From an uncultured Gammaproteobacteria bacterium (GTDB taxonomy: Bacteria > Patescibacteriota > Patescibacteriia > 2-01-FULL-39-33): a stretch of DNA of 64,000 bases. Below, piece after piece: positions 28,981 through 37,128 of the stretch. Below the pieces are notes generated by a model, which made no database searches, had not been told where the DNA came from, and saw only the letters and a program-made list of their open reading frames with translations. Made by a program: the position numbers and the translations under genes. The stretch is taken from contig CAZLFP010000001.1 of NCBI GenBank assembly GCA_964558935.1, forward strand, positions 5,299 through 69,298, given 5' to 3'. The number at the start of each line of letters is the position of its first letter. The first letter of the stretch is position 1.

Positions 28981-29613
28981 ATGTCCAATGTAGATGCACA
29001 ATGCAGACAATGTCGAAGAGCAGGTGAAAAGCTGTTTCTTAAGGGTGAGAAATGTCATTCACCGAAATGTCCTATGGTGCAAAGAAACTTTCCTCCCGGA
29101 GTTCATGGTGTTAAAGGACCAAAAAGGTTAACCAATTATGGTCGGCAATTGGCTGAAAAGCAGAAAACCAAGCGAATGTATGGTTTAAGGGAAAAGCAAT
29201 TCCGAACCTATTTTGAAAATGCCTTGAAAAAAGTTGGCAACACCAGTGAAAACTTTTTCCAGATTCTAGAATCTAGATTAGATAATACAGTGTATAGATT
29301 AGGCTTTGGTACATCCAGAACTCAAGCAAGACAGTTGGTTAATCATGGACATTTCAGAGTCAACGGTAAGAAAGTAGATATTCCTTCTTACCAAGTTAAG
29401 ATCGGAGATGTAATTAGCTTAAGACCATCCAGTGCGAAATCCAGCTTGTTTGAAGGTTTGGATCAAAAATTAGCTGACAAGAATAAAGATTTAGTGCCTT
29501 GGCTGACTTTAGACACGGCTAGCTTGGAAGGTAAGATGACTGCCAAGCCGAAATTGGGTGATGTGGCGGTGAATATAGATTGGCAAATGATCGTTGAGTT
29601 CTATTCTAAATAA
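28981..29613 (+). CDS. rpsD: 30S ribosomal protein S4 (zinc-ribbon type)
   Basis: CRQCRR...C..PKC zinc ribbon and an S4 RNA-binding domain. Confidence 0.9.
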   Translation: MSNVDAQCRQCRRAGEKLFLKGEKCHSPKCPMVQRNFPPGVHGVKGPKRLTNYGRQLAEKQKTKRMYGLREKQFRTYFENALKKVGNTSENFFQILESRLDNTVYRLGFGTSRTQARQLVNHGHFRVNGKKVDIPSYQVKIGDVISLRPSSAKSSLFEGLDQKLADKNKDLVPWLTLDTASLEGKMTAKPKLGDVAVNIDWQMIVEFYSK

Positions 29614-29659
29614 TCATCTTAAATATATTTAACTTATTATCTTAGGAGGAAACATTTTT

Positions 29660-30472
29660 ATGAAACACATTCCTTTACCACAAAAGTTTACCGTCAACGA
29701 AACTGAAAAGGGCAAAAAAGCTCAAGTCGTTATTGAACCAATATTTCCTGGTTATGGTTTAACTTTAGGTAATGCCTTAAGACGAGTTATTCTGTCATCG
29801 CTGCCAGGCGGAGCCATTACTGCAGTCAAAATTGCCGGCATCAGTCACGAATTTACAGCTATGGAAAACGTGAGCGATGATGTGGTAGATATAATTCTTA
29901 ATCTCAAGAAATTAAGATTCAAAGTCAATACAGAAGAGCCGGTCAATCTGCATTTGAAAGCCACTGGTCAGAAAAAGATTACTGGAGCAGATATTGAAGC
30001 GAATCCTGATGCTGAAGTCATTAACAAAGATTTAGTCATTACCAGTTTAAATGACAAAGAAGGTAAAGTAGACATGGAATTGACGGTGATGAAGGGTGTG
30101 GGTTATTCGCCGGTGGAAGAAAGAGAAGATCAAGGACAAGCAGAGATCGGAAAAATTGCCATCGATGCCATCTTTACTCCGGTTGTAAATGTCGGTTTAA
30201 ATGTGGATTCCACTCGTGTTGGTCAAAAAACAGACTATGACAAGATAGTTATGGATATTGAAACAGATGGCACCATTTCTCCGGAAGAAGCTGTTCAAAA
30301 AGCAGCTGAAATACTGGTTAACCAGTTTTCCTGGATTATTGCCGGCAAGCGGGAAGAGTTAGAACCGGTCAAATTGGAAGCTCCGGTTGAAGTGCCAGAA
30401 ATTGAAGCAGTCACCTCAGAAGAAGTCGAGACAGCAGAAGAAGATAATAAACAAGAAGAATCAGCAGAATAA
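29660..30472 (+). CDS. rpoA: DNA-directed RNA polymerase subunit alpha, N-terminal domain only (no alpha-CTD)
   Basis: Alpha-NTD motifs (GYGLTLGNALRRVILSSLPG). The protein ends in an acidic tail at 270 aa, and rplQ begins 8 nt later. Confidence 0.85.
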   Translation: MKHIPLPQKFTVNETEKGKKAQVVIEPIFPGYGLTLGNALRRVILSSLPGGAITAVKIAGISHEFTAMENVSDDVVDIILNLKKLRFKVNTEEPVNLHLKATGQKKITGADIEANPDAEVINKDLVITSLNDKEGKVDMELTVMKGVGYSPVEEREDQGQAEIGKIAIDAIFTPVVNVGLNVDSTRVGQKTDYDKIVMDIETDGTISPEEAVQKAAEILVNQFSWIIAGKREELEPVKLEAPVEVPEIEAVTSEEVETAEEDNKQEESAE

Positions 30473-30479
30473 AATAAGT

Positions 30480-30839
30480 ATGCGTCACCAGAAAAAAGGT
30501 AAAACTTTAGGCAGAAAAGCAGCTCCACGCAAAGCTTTAATGAGAAGCTTGGCCACTAGTTTTTTAGTCTATGAAAAGATTAAAACCACTCAAGCCAAAG
30601 CCAAGCAATTAAAGCCAATTGTGGAGAAATTAATTACTTTAGGTAAAAAAGATACTTTGGCCAACAGAAGACAAGCTTTAAAATATTTATATTTGGAAAA
30701 TGCGGTTAAAAAGTTGTTTGAAGTTATTGGTCCTAGAGTCAAGACCAGACCCGGTGGCTATACTCGCATTGTTAAGCTAGCTCCCAGGAAGAATGACGGT
30801 GCTGAAATGGCTTCCTTAGAATTAGTAGATAAACAATAA
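30480..30839 (+). CDS. rplQ: 50S ribosomal protein L17
   Basis: MRHQKKGKTLGRKAAPRKALMRSL matches L17. The track ORF at 30387 is over-extended. Confidence 0.9.
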   Translation: MRHQKKGKTLGRKAAPRKALMRSLATSFLVYEKIKTTQAKAKQLKPIVEKLITLGKKDTLANRRQALKYLYLENAVKKLFEVIGPRVKTRPGGYTRIVKLAPRKNDGAEMASLELVDKQ

Positions 30840-30840
30840 T

Positions 30841-31197
30841 ATGACAGAGAAAGCAACAATTCATAATATAGATGCCACAGATCAGCCGGTAGGTAGATTG
30901 GCAACTCAAATTGCTATGATTCTGCAGGGCAAAAACAAAGCAGATTTTGCTCCCAATAAAGAGGGGAGTGATCTGGTTGAGGTGGAAAACGTGTCCAAAA
31001 TGAAGTTTAGCGGCAACAAGCTGGAACAAAAAGATTATATTTGGCACTCTAATTATCCAGGTGGTCTTAAAAAGCAGAAGATGAAGGAAGTTTTTGAGAG
31101 TGATCCGGGTGAAGTTTTAAGAAGAGCTGTCATGGGTATGTTACCCAAAAACAGATTGCGAGATTTAAGAATTAAACGGTTAAAGATCAAGAGTTAA
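30841..31197 (+). CDS. rplM: 50S ribosomal protein L13
   Basis: L13 core. Confidence 0.85.
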   Translation: MTEKATIHNIDATDQPVGRLATQIAMILQGKNKADFAPNKEGSDLVEVENVSKMKFSGNKLEQKDYIWHSNYPGGLKKQKMKEVFESDPGEVLRRAVMGMLPKNRLRDLRIKRLKIKS

Positions 31198-31198
31198 T

Positions 31199-31618
31199 AT
31201 GTCTGAAGAGCAAAAAACAACAACTAAGAAGAAATTTTTTTACGCCAAAGGGGCCAGAAAAACAGCGGTCGCTCAGGTTAGACTATATCCTAAGGGTAAG
31301 GGTGAGTTTAAAGTTAACGGTAAGCCATATAATGAATATTTTAAGACCCAAGTTTTACAGGAAAATTTCCTAGCTTCTTTGAAAGTAGCTGGTCACGAAC
31401 AGGATGTGGATTTGGATGTTAAGGTGCATAGTTCCGGAATAGTGGCTCAATCTGAAGCCTGTCGACATGGTATTGCCAGAGCTTTACTGCTTTTAGATGA
31501 AACTCTAAGACCGGTTTTGAAAGCTGAAGGTTATCTAAAAAGAGATCCAAGAGTTAAGGAAAGAAAGAAACCAGGACTACGAAGAGCTCGAAGAGCACCT
31601 CAGTGGAGTAAGCGTTAA
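31199..31618 (+). CDS. rpsI: 30S ribosomal protein S9
   Basis: C-terminal ...RRARRAPQWSKR. Confidence 0.9.
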   Translation: MSEEQKTTTKKKFFYAKGARKTAVAQVRLYPKGKGEFKVNGKPYNEYFKTQVLQENFLASLKVAGHEQDVDLDVKVHSSGIVAQSEACRHGIARALLLLDETLRPVLKAEGYLKRDPRVKERKKPGLRRARRAPQWSKR

Positions 31619-31624
31619 ATCTTT

Positions 31625-31650
31625 AACCCGCCAGTTGGCGGGTTTTTTGT
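31625..31650 (+). terminator. intrinsic terminator
   Basis: Stem AACCCGCC / GGCGGGTT followed by TTTTTT. Confidence 0.65.
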
Positions 31651-31671
31651 TTTCTGCTAAAATAACCTAAG

Positions 31672-34668
31672 ATGGAAAACTTACTCGACAACCTAAATCC
31701 GGCTCAACAACAGGCTGTGACTCATGACCAGGGACCTTTGTTAATCGTAGCCGGAGCCGGTACCGGTAAAACCACGGTGATTACCAGACGAATCGCTTAC
31801 CTCATAACCCAAGACAAATGCCAACCGGAAGAAATTCTGGCTTTAACTTTTACAGACAAAGCAGCCGGGGAAATGGAAGAAAGAGTGGATCAGCTGTTAC
31901 CATACGGCTATGTGGATTTGTGGATCAACACTTTCCATGCTTTTGCCGAAAGAATCCTGCAAGACCATGCTTTGGAAATCGGACTGCCCAACAATTTTAA
32001 ACTACTGAATGACACCGCTCAATGGTTGCTGGTAAGACAGAACTTAGATAGATTTAATTTAGATTACTATCGTCCTTTGGGTAATCCAACTAAATTTATT
32101 CATGCTTTGTTAAAGCATTTTTCCCGGGCTAAAGATGAGAATATTACACCTCAAGATTATTTGGATTATGTACAAGATTTAAAATTAAACGCAGATAATG
32201 CGGATTATGTTTTCAGTTTTTTAGACAAAAAAAGTCAAAGTAAATTATCTGATCAAGAATTGAAAGAAGTTTTAGCTCAAGAGATTAAAAAGCAAACTGA
32301 AGTGGCTGAAGCTTACCATGTTTACCAGCAATTGTTGTTGGACAATGAAGCTTTGGATTTTGGGGATTTAATTAACTATTGTCTTAAATTATTAAAAGAC
32401 AGAAAAAATCTTTTAGCTCAATACCGAAGTCAATTTAAATATATTTTAGTGGATGAATTTCAAGACACCAATTATGCCCAGTATGAACTGTTAAAACTGT
32501 TGGCTGCTCCGGATAATAATCTAACGGTAGTGGGGGATGATGACCAGTCCATTTACAAGTTCAGAGGGGCTTCCATTTCCAATATTCTGCAGTTTAAAGA
32601 CGATTATCCGGCTTTAACCAAGATCTATCTAACAGATAACTACCGCAGTCAGCAGGAGATTTTAGACTTAGCTTACAACTTTATTCAAAAAAATAATCCA
32701 TATCGTTTAGAAGTTAAGTTACAAGAAGAAACCGGTTTTTCCAAACAGTTAAAATCCCAGGTCGAAGGTCAAGCTGAAATACTGCATTTGCACGGTCAGT
32801 CTCTTACAGATGAGATTAAGTTAGTGATAGAAAAAATAATTGAATTATATAATGCTTCAGATGAGGTTAGCTGGTCAGACTTTGGGATTTTGGTCAGAGC
32901 CAATTCTTCAGCCGATGATTTCTGTTATTTTTTGGATCAGGCTAAGATTCCTTACATGTTTTTAGCTTCCAAGGGATTATTCGTTAAGAGTATAGTGTTA
33001 GACATCTTAGCCTATTTAAGACTCTTGGACGATTACCATGAAAGTTCAGCTGTTTACCGGGTTTTAAGTCTTCCGGTTTGGAACCTTAATTCCAAAGATA
33101 TTATTAATTTAAACTATTGGTCTCGTAGAAAAGGTTGGTCTTTGTTTGAAACTATGAGGCAAGTTCAGACTTTGAATAATATTTCTGAAGCTGGACAGGA
33201 AGTGATTTCCAAGATTTTAGCTTTGGTGGAAAAACATGCTCAACTGGTTAGGGAGAATAAAAAAGCAACTGAGATTATCCAAGTTTTTTTAACTGACAGT
33301 GGGTATTTGAAGGATTTAACCTCAGAAGAGAATGAAGCTAACTTGGAAACTTTAAATTACTTAAATCAGTATTACAAATTTATCCAGAAGTTTGAACAAG
33401 AAACCCCGGATCCGAATTTGAAAAATTTCTTGAATTATATGGAATTGGAATTGGAAGCAGGGGATCAGGGACAATTGTCTCAGAATTTGGAAATCGCCGG
33501 TCCAGATACGGTCAAGATTATGACCATTCATGCGGCAAAAGGTTTGGAATTCAAATATGTTTTCAGTGTTAATTTAGTGGATAAAAGATTTCCTACCATT
33601 AGGCGAGGGGAACCCATTGCTCTACCGGAGAAGCTAGTTAAGGAAATAACACCGGAAGGGGATTTCCATCTGATGGAAGAAAGAAGATTGTTTTATGTGG
33701 CTTTGACTCGGGCTAAGAATGGTTTGTATTTGTCTTCAGCCGAGGATTACGGTGGAGCCAGAAAAAAGAAGATTTCCAAGTTTTTGGTAGAATTGTCTGA
33801 GGTGGATTTTAAATTGGCACCGGAAGTGGAAATTGCCAAAGCCCAATTGTCTTCACCTAAAAAGAAAGAAGCTAAAGTTCAAGATTACACTCCTGTCAAA
33901 AGATTTTCTTTTACCCAATTAAGAGCTTACGAGAATTGTCCTTACCAGTATCGGTTTGCCCATATTCTGAAGATCCCCATTACCGGCAAAGCTCAATTTT
34001 CGTATGGTAAGACTTTGCACAGCACTTTGCAGAAGTTTTTCGATCTGGTTAAGTTGAAGCAGGGCTCACAGCAGATAGACCTGTTTGGATTGGAAAAGGA
34101 AGATCGGTCTGAGGTTACTTCAGATCAGTTGTTAGAGATATATGAGCAAGAATTTGTTGATGATTGGTTTCAGGATCAGAAAGAGAAAGACAGCTATTAT
34201 CTGAAGGGCAAGGAATCCTTAAAGAAATTTTTTGAACATTTTTTAGCCAACAAACCAAAACCTAAATACTTGGAACAACCTTTTAATTTCAGATTGGGCA
34301 AAGACGGCGAATACATTATAAACGGTAAGATAGACAGAATCGATGACATGGATGGTCAGGTTAGAATTGTAGATTACAAAACCGGCACGCCAAAGGAAAA
34401 ACTCTCTGCTGAAGACAAGGAACAGTTGTTGTTGTACCAAATGGCTTCAGAAAGAGTTCTTAAAGAGCCGGTGGGTGAATTGGCTTTTTATTATTTAGAT
34501 AATTCTCAAGAGATTAGCTTTTTGGGTACGGACAAAGATCTGGAAAAGTACGAGCTTAAGATACTTGGGATTATTGAAAAGATTAATTCCGGTCAGTTTC
34601 CGGCCAAGCCTTCTCAGTTATGTGGTTTTTGTGACTTTCGTCGGATTTGTGAATACAGGCAAAGTTAA
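31672..34668 (+). CDS. UvrD/PcrA-type helicase fused to C-terminal PD-(D/E)xK nuclease with Cys cluster (AddA/AddB-like)
   Basis: Walker A AGAGTGKTT and UvrD motifs. C-terminal IVDYKTG nuclease motif plus the Cys cluster C..C...CGFCDFRRIC. Confidence 0.8.
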   Translation: MENLLDNLNPAQQQAVTHDQGPLLIVAGAGTGKTTVITRRIAYLITQDKCQPEEILALTFTDKAAGEMEERVDQLLPYGYVDLWINTFHAFAERILQDHALEIGLPNNFKLLNDTAQWLLVRQNLDRFNLDYYRPLGNPTKFIHALLKHFSRAKDENITPQDYLDYVQDLKLNADNADYVFSFLDKKSQSKLSDQELKEVLAQEIKKQTEVAEAYHVYQQLLLDNEALDFGDLINYCLKLLKDRKNLLAQYRSQFKYILVDEFQDTNYAQYELLKLLAAPDNNLTVVGDDDQSIYKFRGASISNILQFKDDYPALTKIYLTDNYRSQQEILDLAYNFIQKNNPYRLEVKLQEETGFSKQLKSQVEGQAEILHLHGQSLTDEIKLVIEKIIELYNASDEVSWSDFGILVRANSSADDFCYFLDQAKIPYMFLASKGLFVKSIVLDILAYLRLLDDYHESSAVYRVLSLPVWNLNSKDIINLNYWSRRKGWSLFETMRQVQTLNNISEAGQEVISKILALVEKHAQLVRENKKATEIIQVFLTDSGYLKDLTSEENEANLETLNYLNQYYKFIQKFEQETPDPNLKNFLNYMELELEAGDQGQLSQNLEIAGPDTVKIMTIHAAKGLEFKYVFSVNLVDKRFPTIRRGEPIALPEKLVKEITPEGDFHLMEERRLFYVALTRAKNGLYLSSAEDYGGARKKKISKFLVELSEVDFKLAPEVEIAKAQLSSPKKKEAKVQDYTPVKRFSFTQLRAYENCPYQYRFAHILKIPITGKAQFSYGKTLHSTLQKFFDLVKLKQGSQQIDLFGLEKEDRSEVTSDQLLEIYEQEFVDDWFQDQKEKDSYYLKGKESLKKFFEHFLANKPKPKYLEQPFNFRLGKDGEYIINGKIDRIDDMDGQVRIVDYKTGTPKEKLSAEDKEQLLLYQMASERVLKEPVGELAFYYLDNSQEISFLGTDKDLEKYELKILGIIEKINSGQFPAKPSQLCGFCDFRRICEYRQS

Positions 34669-34701
34669 AACATTATTTTAAAGTGTTGTCAAATTATATT
34701 A

Positions 34702-34727
34702 AATAGCTAAAATTAGCTATTTTTTTA
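34702..34727 (+). terminator. intrinsic terminator
   Basis: Stem AATAGCTA / TAGCTATT followed by TTTTTT. Confidence 0.55.
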
Positions 34728-34746
34728 AATTATTATCCTAAAATAC

Positions 34747-34775
34747 TTGACAAAATAATATTAATATGCTATAAT
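34747..34775 (+). promoter_or_regulatory. consensus sigma70 promoter
   Basis: TTGACA at 34747-34752, a 17-nt spacer, then TATAAT at 34770-34775. Confidence 0.55.
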
Positions 34776-34781
34776 GAAATT

Positions 34782-35373
34782 ATTAAAACTTATAACTAGC
34801 TGATTAACTCTGGGGAGAGATGAGTCAAGCTAAGAAACATATTATTTGTAATGTCATAAAATCTCCCCAGACCAGGGAGGTTTTATGTTTTAACCAAGGA
34901 GGGAGAGAGCTGCTGATGCTTGTCAGTTCCAAACTCCTTGTTAGGGCGCTAGCATACAGCTGTATGTTACTGCCCTGAACAAGGGTTTTGGAATCAGTTC
35001 CTTACAATTTGGCTAGTAAACATGTAGAGGAGGGAAGAGTAGACACGGTTTCTGGTTATGCGACTACGGTCGTTTCTACCAGGTCCACTTAACTGCTCTT
35101 GGAATAACCAGGCTATTTAATAATTTTTTTATAAAACAAAGAGCCAGGGTTTTCCGGTTGCCATCCTCTATGTGCTTGCTAGTCAAACTATCTACCCCTA
35201 ACTGATACGAAGGAGGTGATGCTTGTCACTCCTGCTTAGCAGGAAGAACAGGTGAGTACCAACTCCGGTATAAATATCTAATAACAAATATTGACTGGTA
35301 AGTTGGTACTAGCCTTGTTCGTATCAGTTAGAGGTGGCATGGGGCTACTTCTAAAAGCAAGGAAAAGAGAGAG
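34782..35373 (+). ncRNA. candidate large structured non-coding RNA or long structured 5' leader (~590 nt)
   Basis: No ORF over 60 aa. Many compensatory hairpins, a 14-nt perfect inverted repeat at 35198-35211 / 35318-35331 that encloses nested stems, and the motif GATGCTTGTCA duplicated at ~34915 and ~35219. Appears GC-elevated by eye. Confidence 0.4.
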
Positions 35374-35520
35374 ATGCAAAATCAACTCGAGAAATTGGCA
35401 GACCAGATTCTGCTGGAGGCTGGTTTCGCGACCGATGGTCGCGAAAAGAGCGAGGTAGATCCTCGTCAAGAAGCGTTTGAGAAACGTTTCTGGACGAATG
35501 CGGTGGGCACTGCTCGTTAG
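35374..35520 (+). CDS. hypothetical 48-aa protein
   Basis: SD AAGGAAAAGAGAGAG precedes the ATG. GC-elevated. A hairpin GTGGGCAC/GTGCCCAC follows the stop. Confidence 0.35.
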   Translation: MQNQLEKLADQILLEAGFATDGREKSEVDPRQEAFEKRFWTNAVGTAR

Positions 35521-35634
35521 TGGTGCCCACTACTCCTTGGCGAGTTAGACAAGTCAGTTTAACTCGCCTCTCAATTCAAGTTAGTAACTAGCCTTTATTG
35601 GCTTCAATTGGGACTAAATAAAGGAGGAAAGTAT

Positions 35635-35838
35635 ATGTTAGTCCAGTGTTGTATGTGCAAGAAAGTCCGTTCGGGGCAGTCCTGGGACTGGGATCTGCCT
35701 GATGAGCAGCCTCTAAAGGGCAAAATCTCGCACGGCTTTTGCCCGGACTGCTTGGCCCTTGAGATGGCCAAGTTTGATAAGCTTGCCGAAGAAGTTCGGC
35801 AAGCGGCCGCCGATCTCAATGGCGGCATTCTACCGTAA
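35635..35838 (+). CDS. small 4-Cys zinc-ribbon protein (67 aa)
   Basis: SD AAAGGAGGAAAG precedes ATG 35635. Cys pattern CC.C...CPDC. Shares the motif H.(F/I)CP.CL with the ORF at 53207. Confidence 0.45.
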   Translation: MLVQCCMCKKVRSGQSWDWDLPDEQPLKGKISHGFCPDCLALEMAKFDKLAEEVRQAAADLNGGILP

Positions 35839-35971
35839 ACATTAGAGGAGGAAAGATTATGAGATAATCTTTCTTCCTCTCTCTACTTTAGCCGGTATCT
35901 ATTGAGGATATGGGCTGAAGAGGAGGTGAACCGGCAGAGTCAGATCATTGACCTGCCTAAGGGAGATTAAT

Positions 35972-36241
35972 ATGTCGAATATTTTTGATCAGATGGTATC
36001 GGCTATGGGCGCGGTCTGGCTGGTGCAGGCCGTGAAAAGCGGTAGCCGACAAAAAGTTGAACAGGCAATGCGGACACACCGCATTCTCCTCTCTGACAGG
36101 GAGGAGGCCATTCGCTTGCTCAAGCAGCAAGCGAGGCAGCATGAGAACATGCTGCGTCAGAAATTCGGCAACACGCGCGATGACCTCATCGCGCATGCCA
36201 ACGAAAACTTTGCGAGGGTTCTTGAAGAACTCTCGCAATAG
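35972..36241 (+). CDS. hypothetical helical protein (89 aa)
   Basis: SD AAGGGAG precedes ATG 35972. Hairpins follow downstream. Confidence 0.4.
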   Translation: MSNIFDQMVSAMGAVWLVQAVKSGSRQKVEQAMRTHRILLSDREEAIRLLKQQARQHENMLRQKFGNTRDDLIAHANENFARVLEELSQ

Positions 36242-36404
36242 TCATCCGGGAGGAAGGAGTCCAAGAATCAGACTCAACTTCCTCCCATCCCCATTTAAGT
36301 TAAGAATTTGGATTGTTAATTCAAATGGGGAATAATAGATTTTCGTTCCTTTTTATCTCTCCTCCTTTCTTAAAAAAATTATTATTCCCTAAACGAAAAA
36401 ATCG

Positions 36405-36433
36405 GAAGCGTCCCAAGTGGACGCTTTTGATTT
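36405..36433 (+). terminator. intrinsic terminator
   Basis: Stem GAAGCGTCC / GGACGCTTT followed by a T-run. Confidence 0.55.
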
Positions 36434-36450
36434 TGTTGTTGATAACTAGA

Positions 36451-36479
36451 TTGTCAATTAAAAAAGTTATTGCTATAAT
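36451..36479 (+). promoter_or_regulatory. sigma70-like promoter
   Basis: TTGTCA, a 17-nt spacer, then TATAAT at 36474-36479. Confidence 0.5.
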
Positions 36480-36485
36480 TTTTGT

Positions 36486-36623
36486 CATGAGGGAAGGTGA
36501 TAACAGTTGATTTATTACTAACTACATTTCCTAAAATTATTTAGGTTCTCTCTCCCCAGTGTAGTTTAAGCAATAATTCAATTGACTTTCTCTCAATCCC
36601 GCCCATGTGGCGGGATTTTTTTA
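36486..36623 (+). ncRNA. candidate small RNA 5 (~140 nt)
   Basis: Nested hairpins AACTACAT/GTGTAGTT and CCTAAA/TTTAGG. Terminator AATCCCGCC-CATGT-GGCGGGATT + T7 at 36595-36624. Confidence 0.4.
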
Positions 36624-36668
36624 TTTTTCTTTTTATGGTATAATATGATTAATCTAATAAATCACCTT

Positions 36669-37049
36669 ATGAGCTTAAAACAGTTATTGATCATTATGGC
36701 TTTAACCACTACCATTTGTTGGCTGGTTTGGTTGGTGGTTTTGTTCCAAGTTGATCCTAATACGGCTGAATGGCCTAATTTGTTAATTTTCTATGCCAGC
36801 TTACTGATTGCACTAGTCGGCTCTTTTTTCTTGATCAGTTTTTTGTGGAGAAAGCTGTTTACCAAGTACGTTTTGGAATACCGCTTGGTTGGTGTGTCTT
36901 TAAGGCAGGGTTTTTTCATTGCCCTGTTGGTCGTCGGTGTTTTGTTCTTGGCCAGTCATAACTATTTGACCTGGTGGAATATTTTGTTATTGACAGCTGC
37001 TGTAACGATTGTGGAATACTTATGTTTAAGTTTGAGGCGCGTGGCATAG
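36669..37049 (+). CDS. small integral membrane protein (3-4 TM)
   Basis: Extended -10 TGGTATAAT at 36636-36644. The track ORF start at 36582 would include the upstream terminator, so ATG 36669 is preferred. Confidence 0.45.
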   Translation: MSLKQLLIIMALTTTICWLVWLVVLFQVDPNTAEWPNLLIFYASLLIALVGSFFLISFLWRKLFTKYVLEYRLVGVSLRQGFFIALLVVGVLFLASHNYLTWWNILLLTAAVTIVEYLCLSLRRVA

Positions 37050-37128
37050 TTATTTGCAATTCCTAACCCCTGAAACAGGGGTTTTTAGTTTGACTAATTA
37101 GCCTTATTTTGCATATAATATAGTTAAT

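Noticed and set aside
34782-35373. tmRNA (ssrA) or RNase P RNA as the identity of the large structured region
   Set aside because: Neither strand has a tRNA-like 3' end (GGTTCGANTCC...CCA) or a plausible ...ALAA* tag frame. A minus-strand GGAAAACCCUGGCUC resembles the RNase P P4 5' strand (GGAAAGUCCGGGCUC), but no matching 3' P4 strand (ACAGAAnCCGGCUUA) is present. I leave it unassigned.
36582-36668. ORF-track start of the membrane protein at 36582
   Set aside because: The extension runs through the terminator of the upstream sRNA candidate (36595-36624) and lies before the extended -10 promoter, so the start was moved to ATG 36669.
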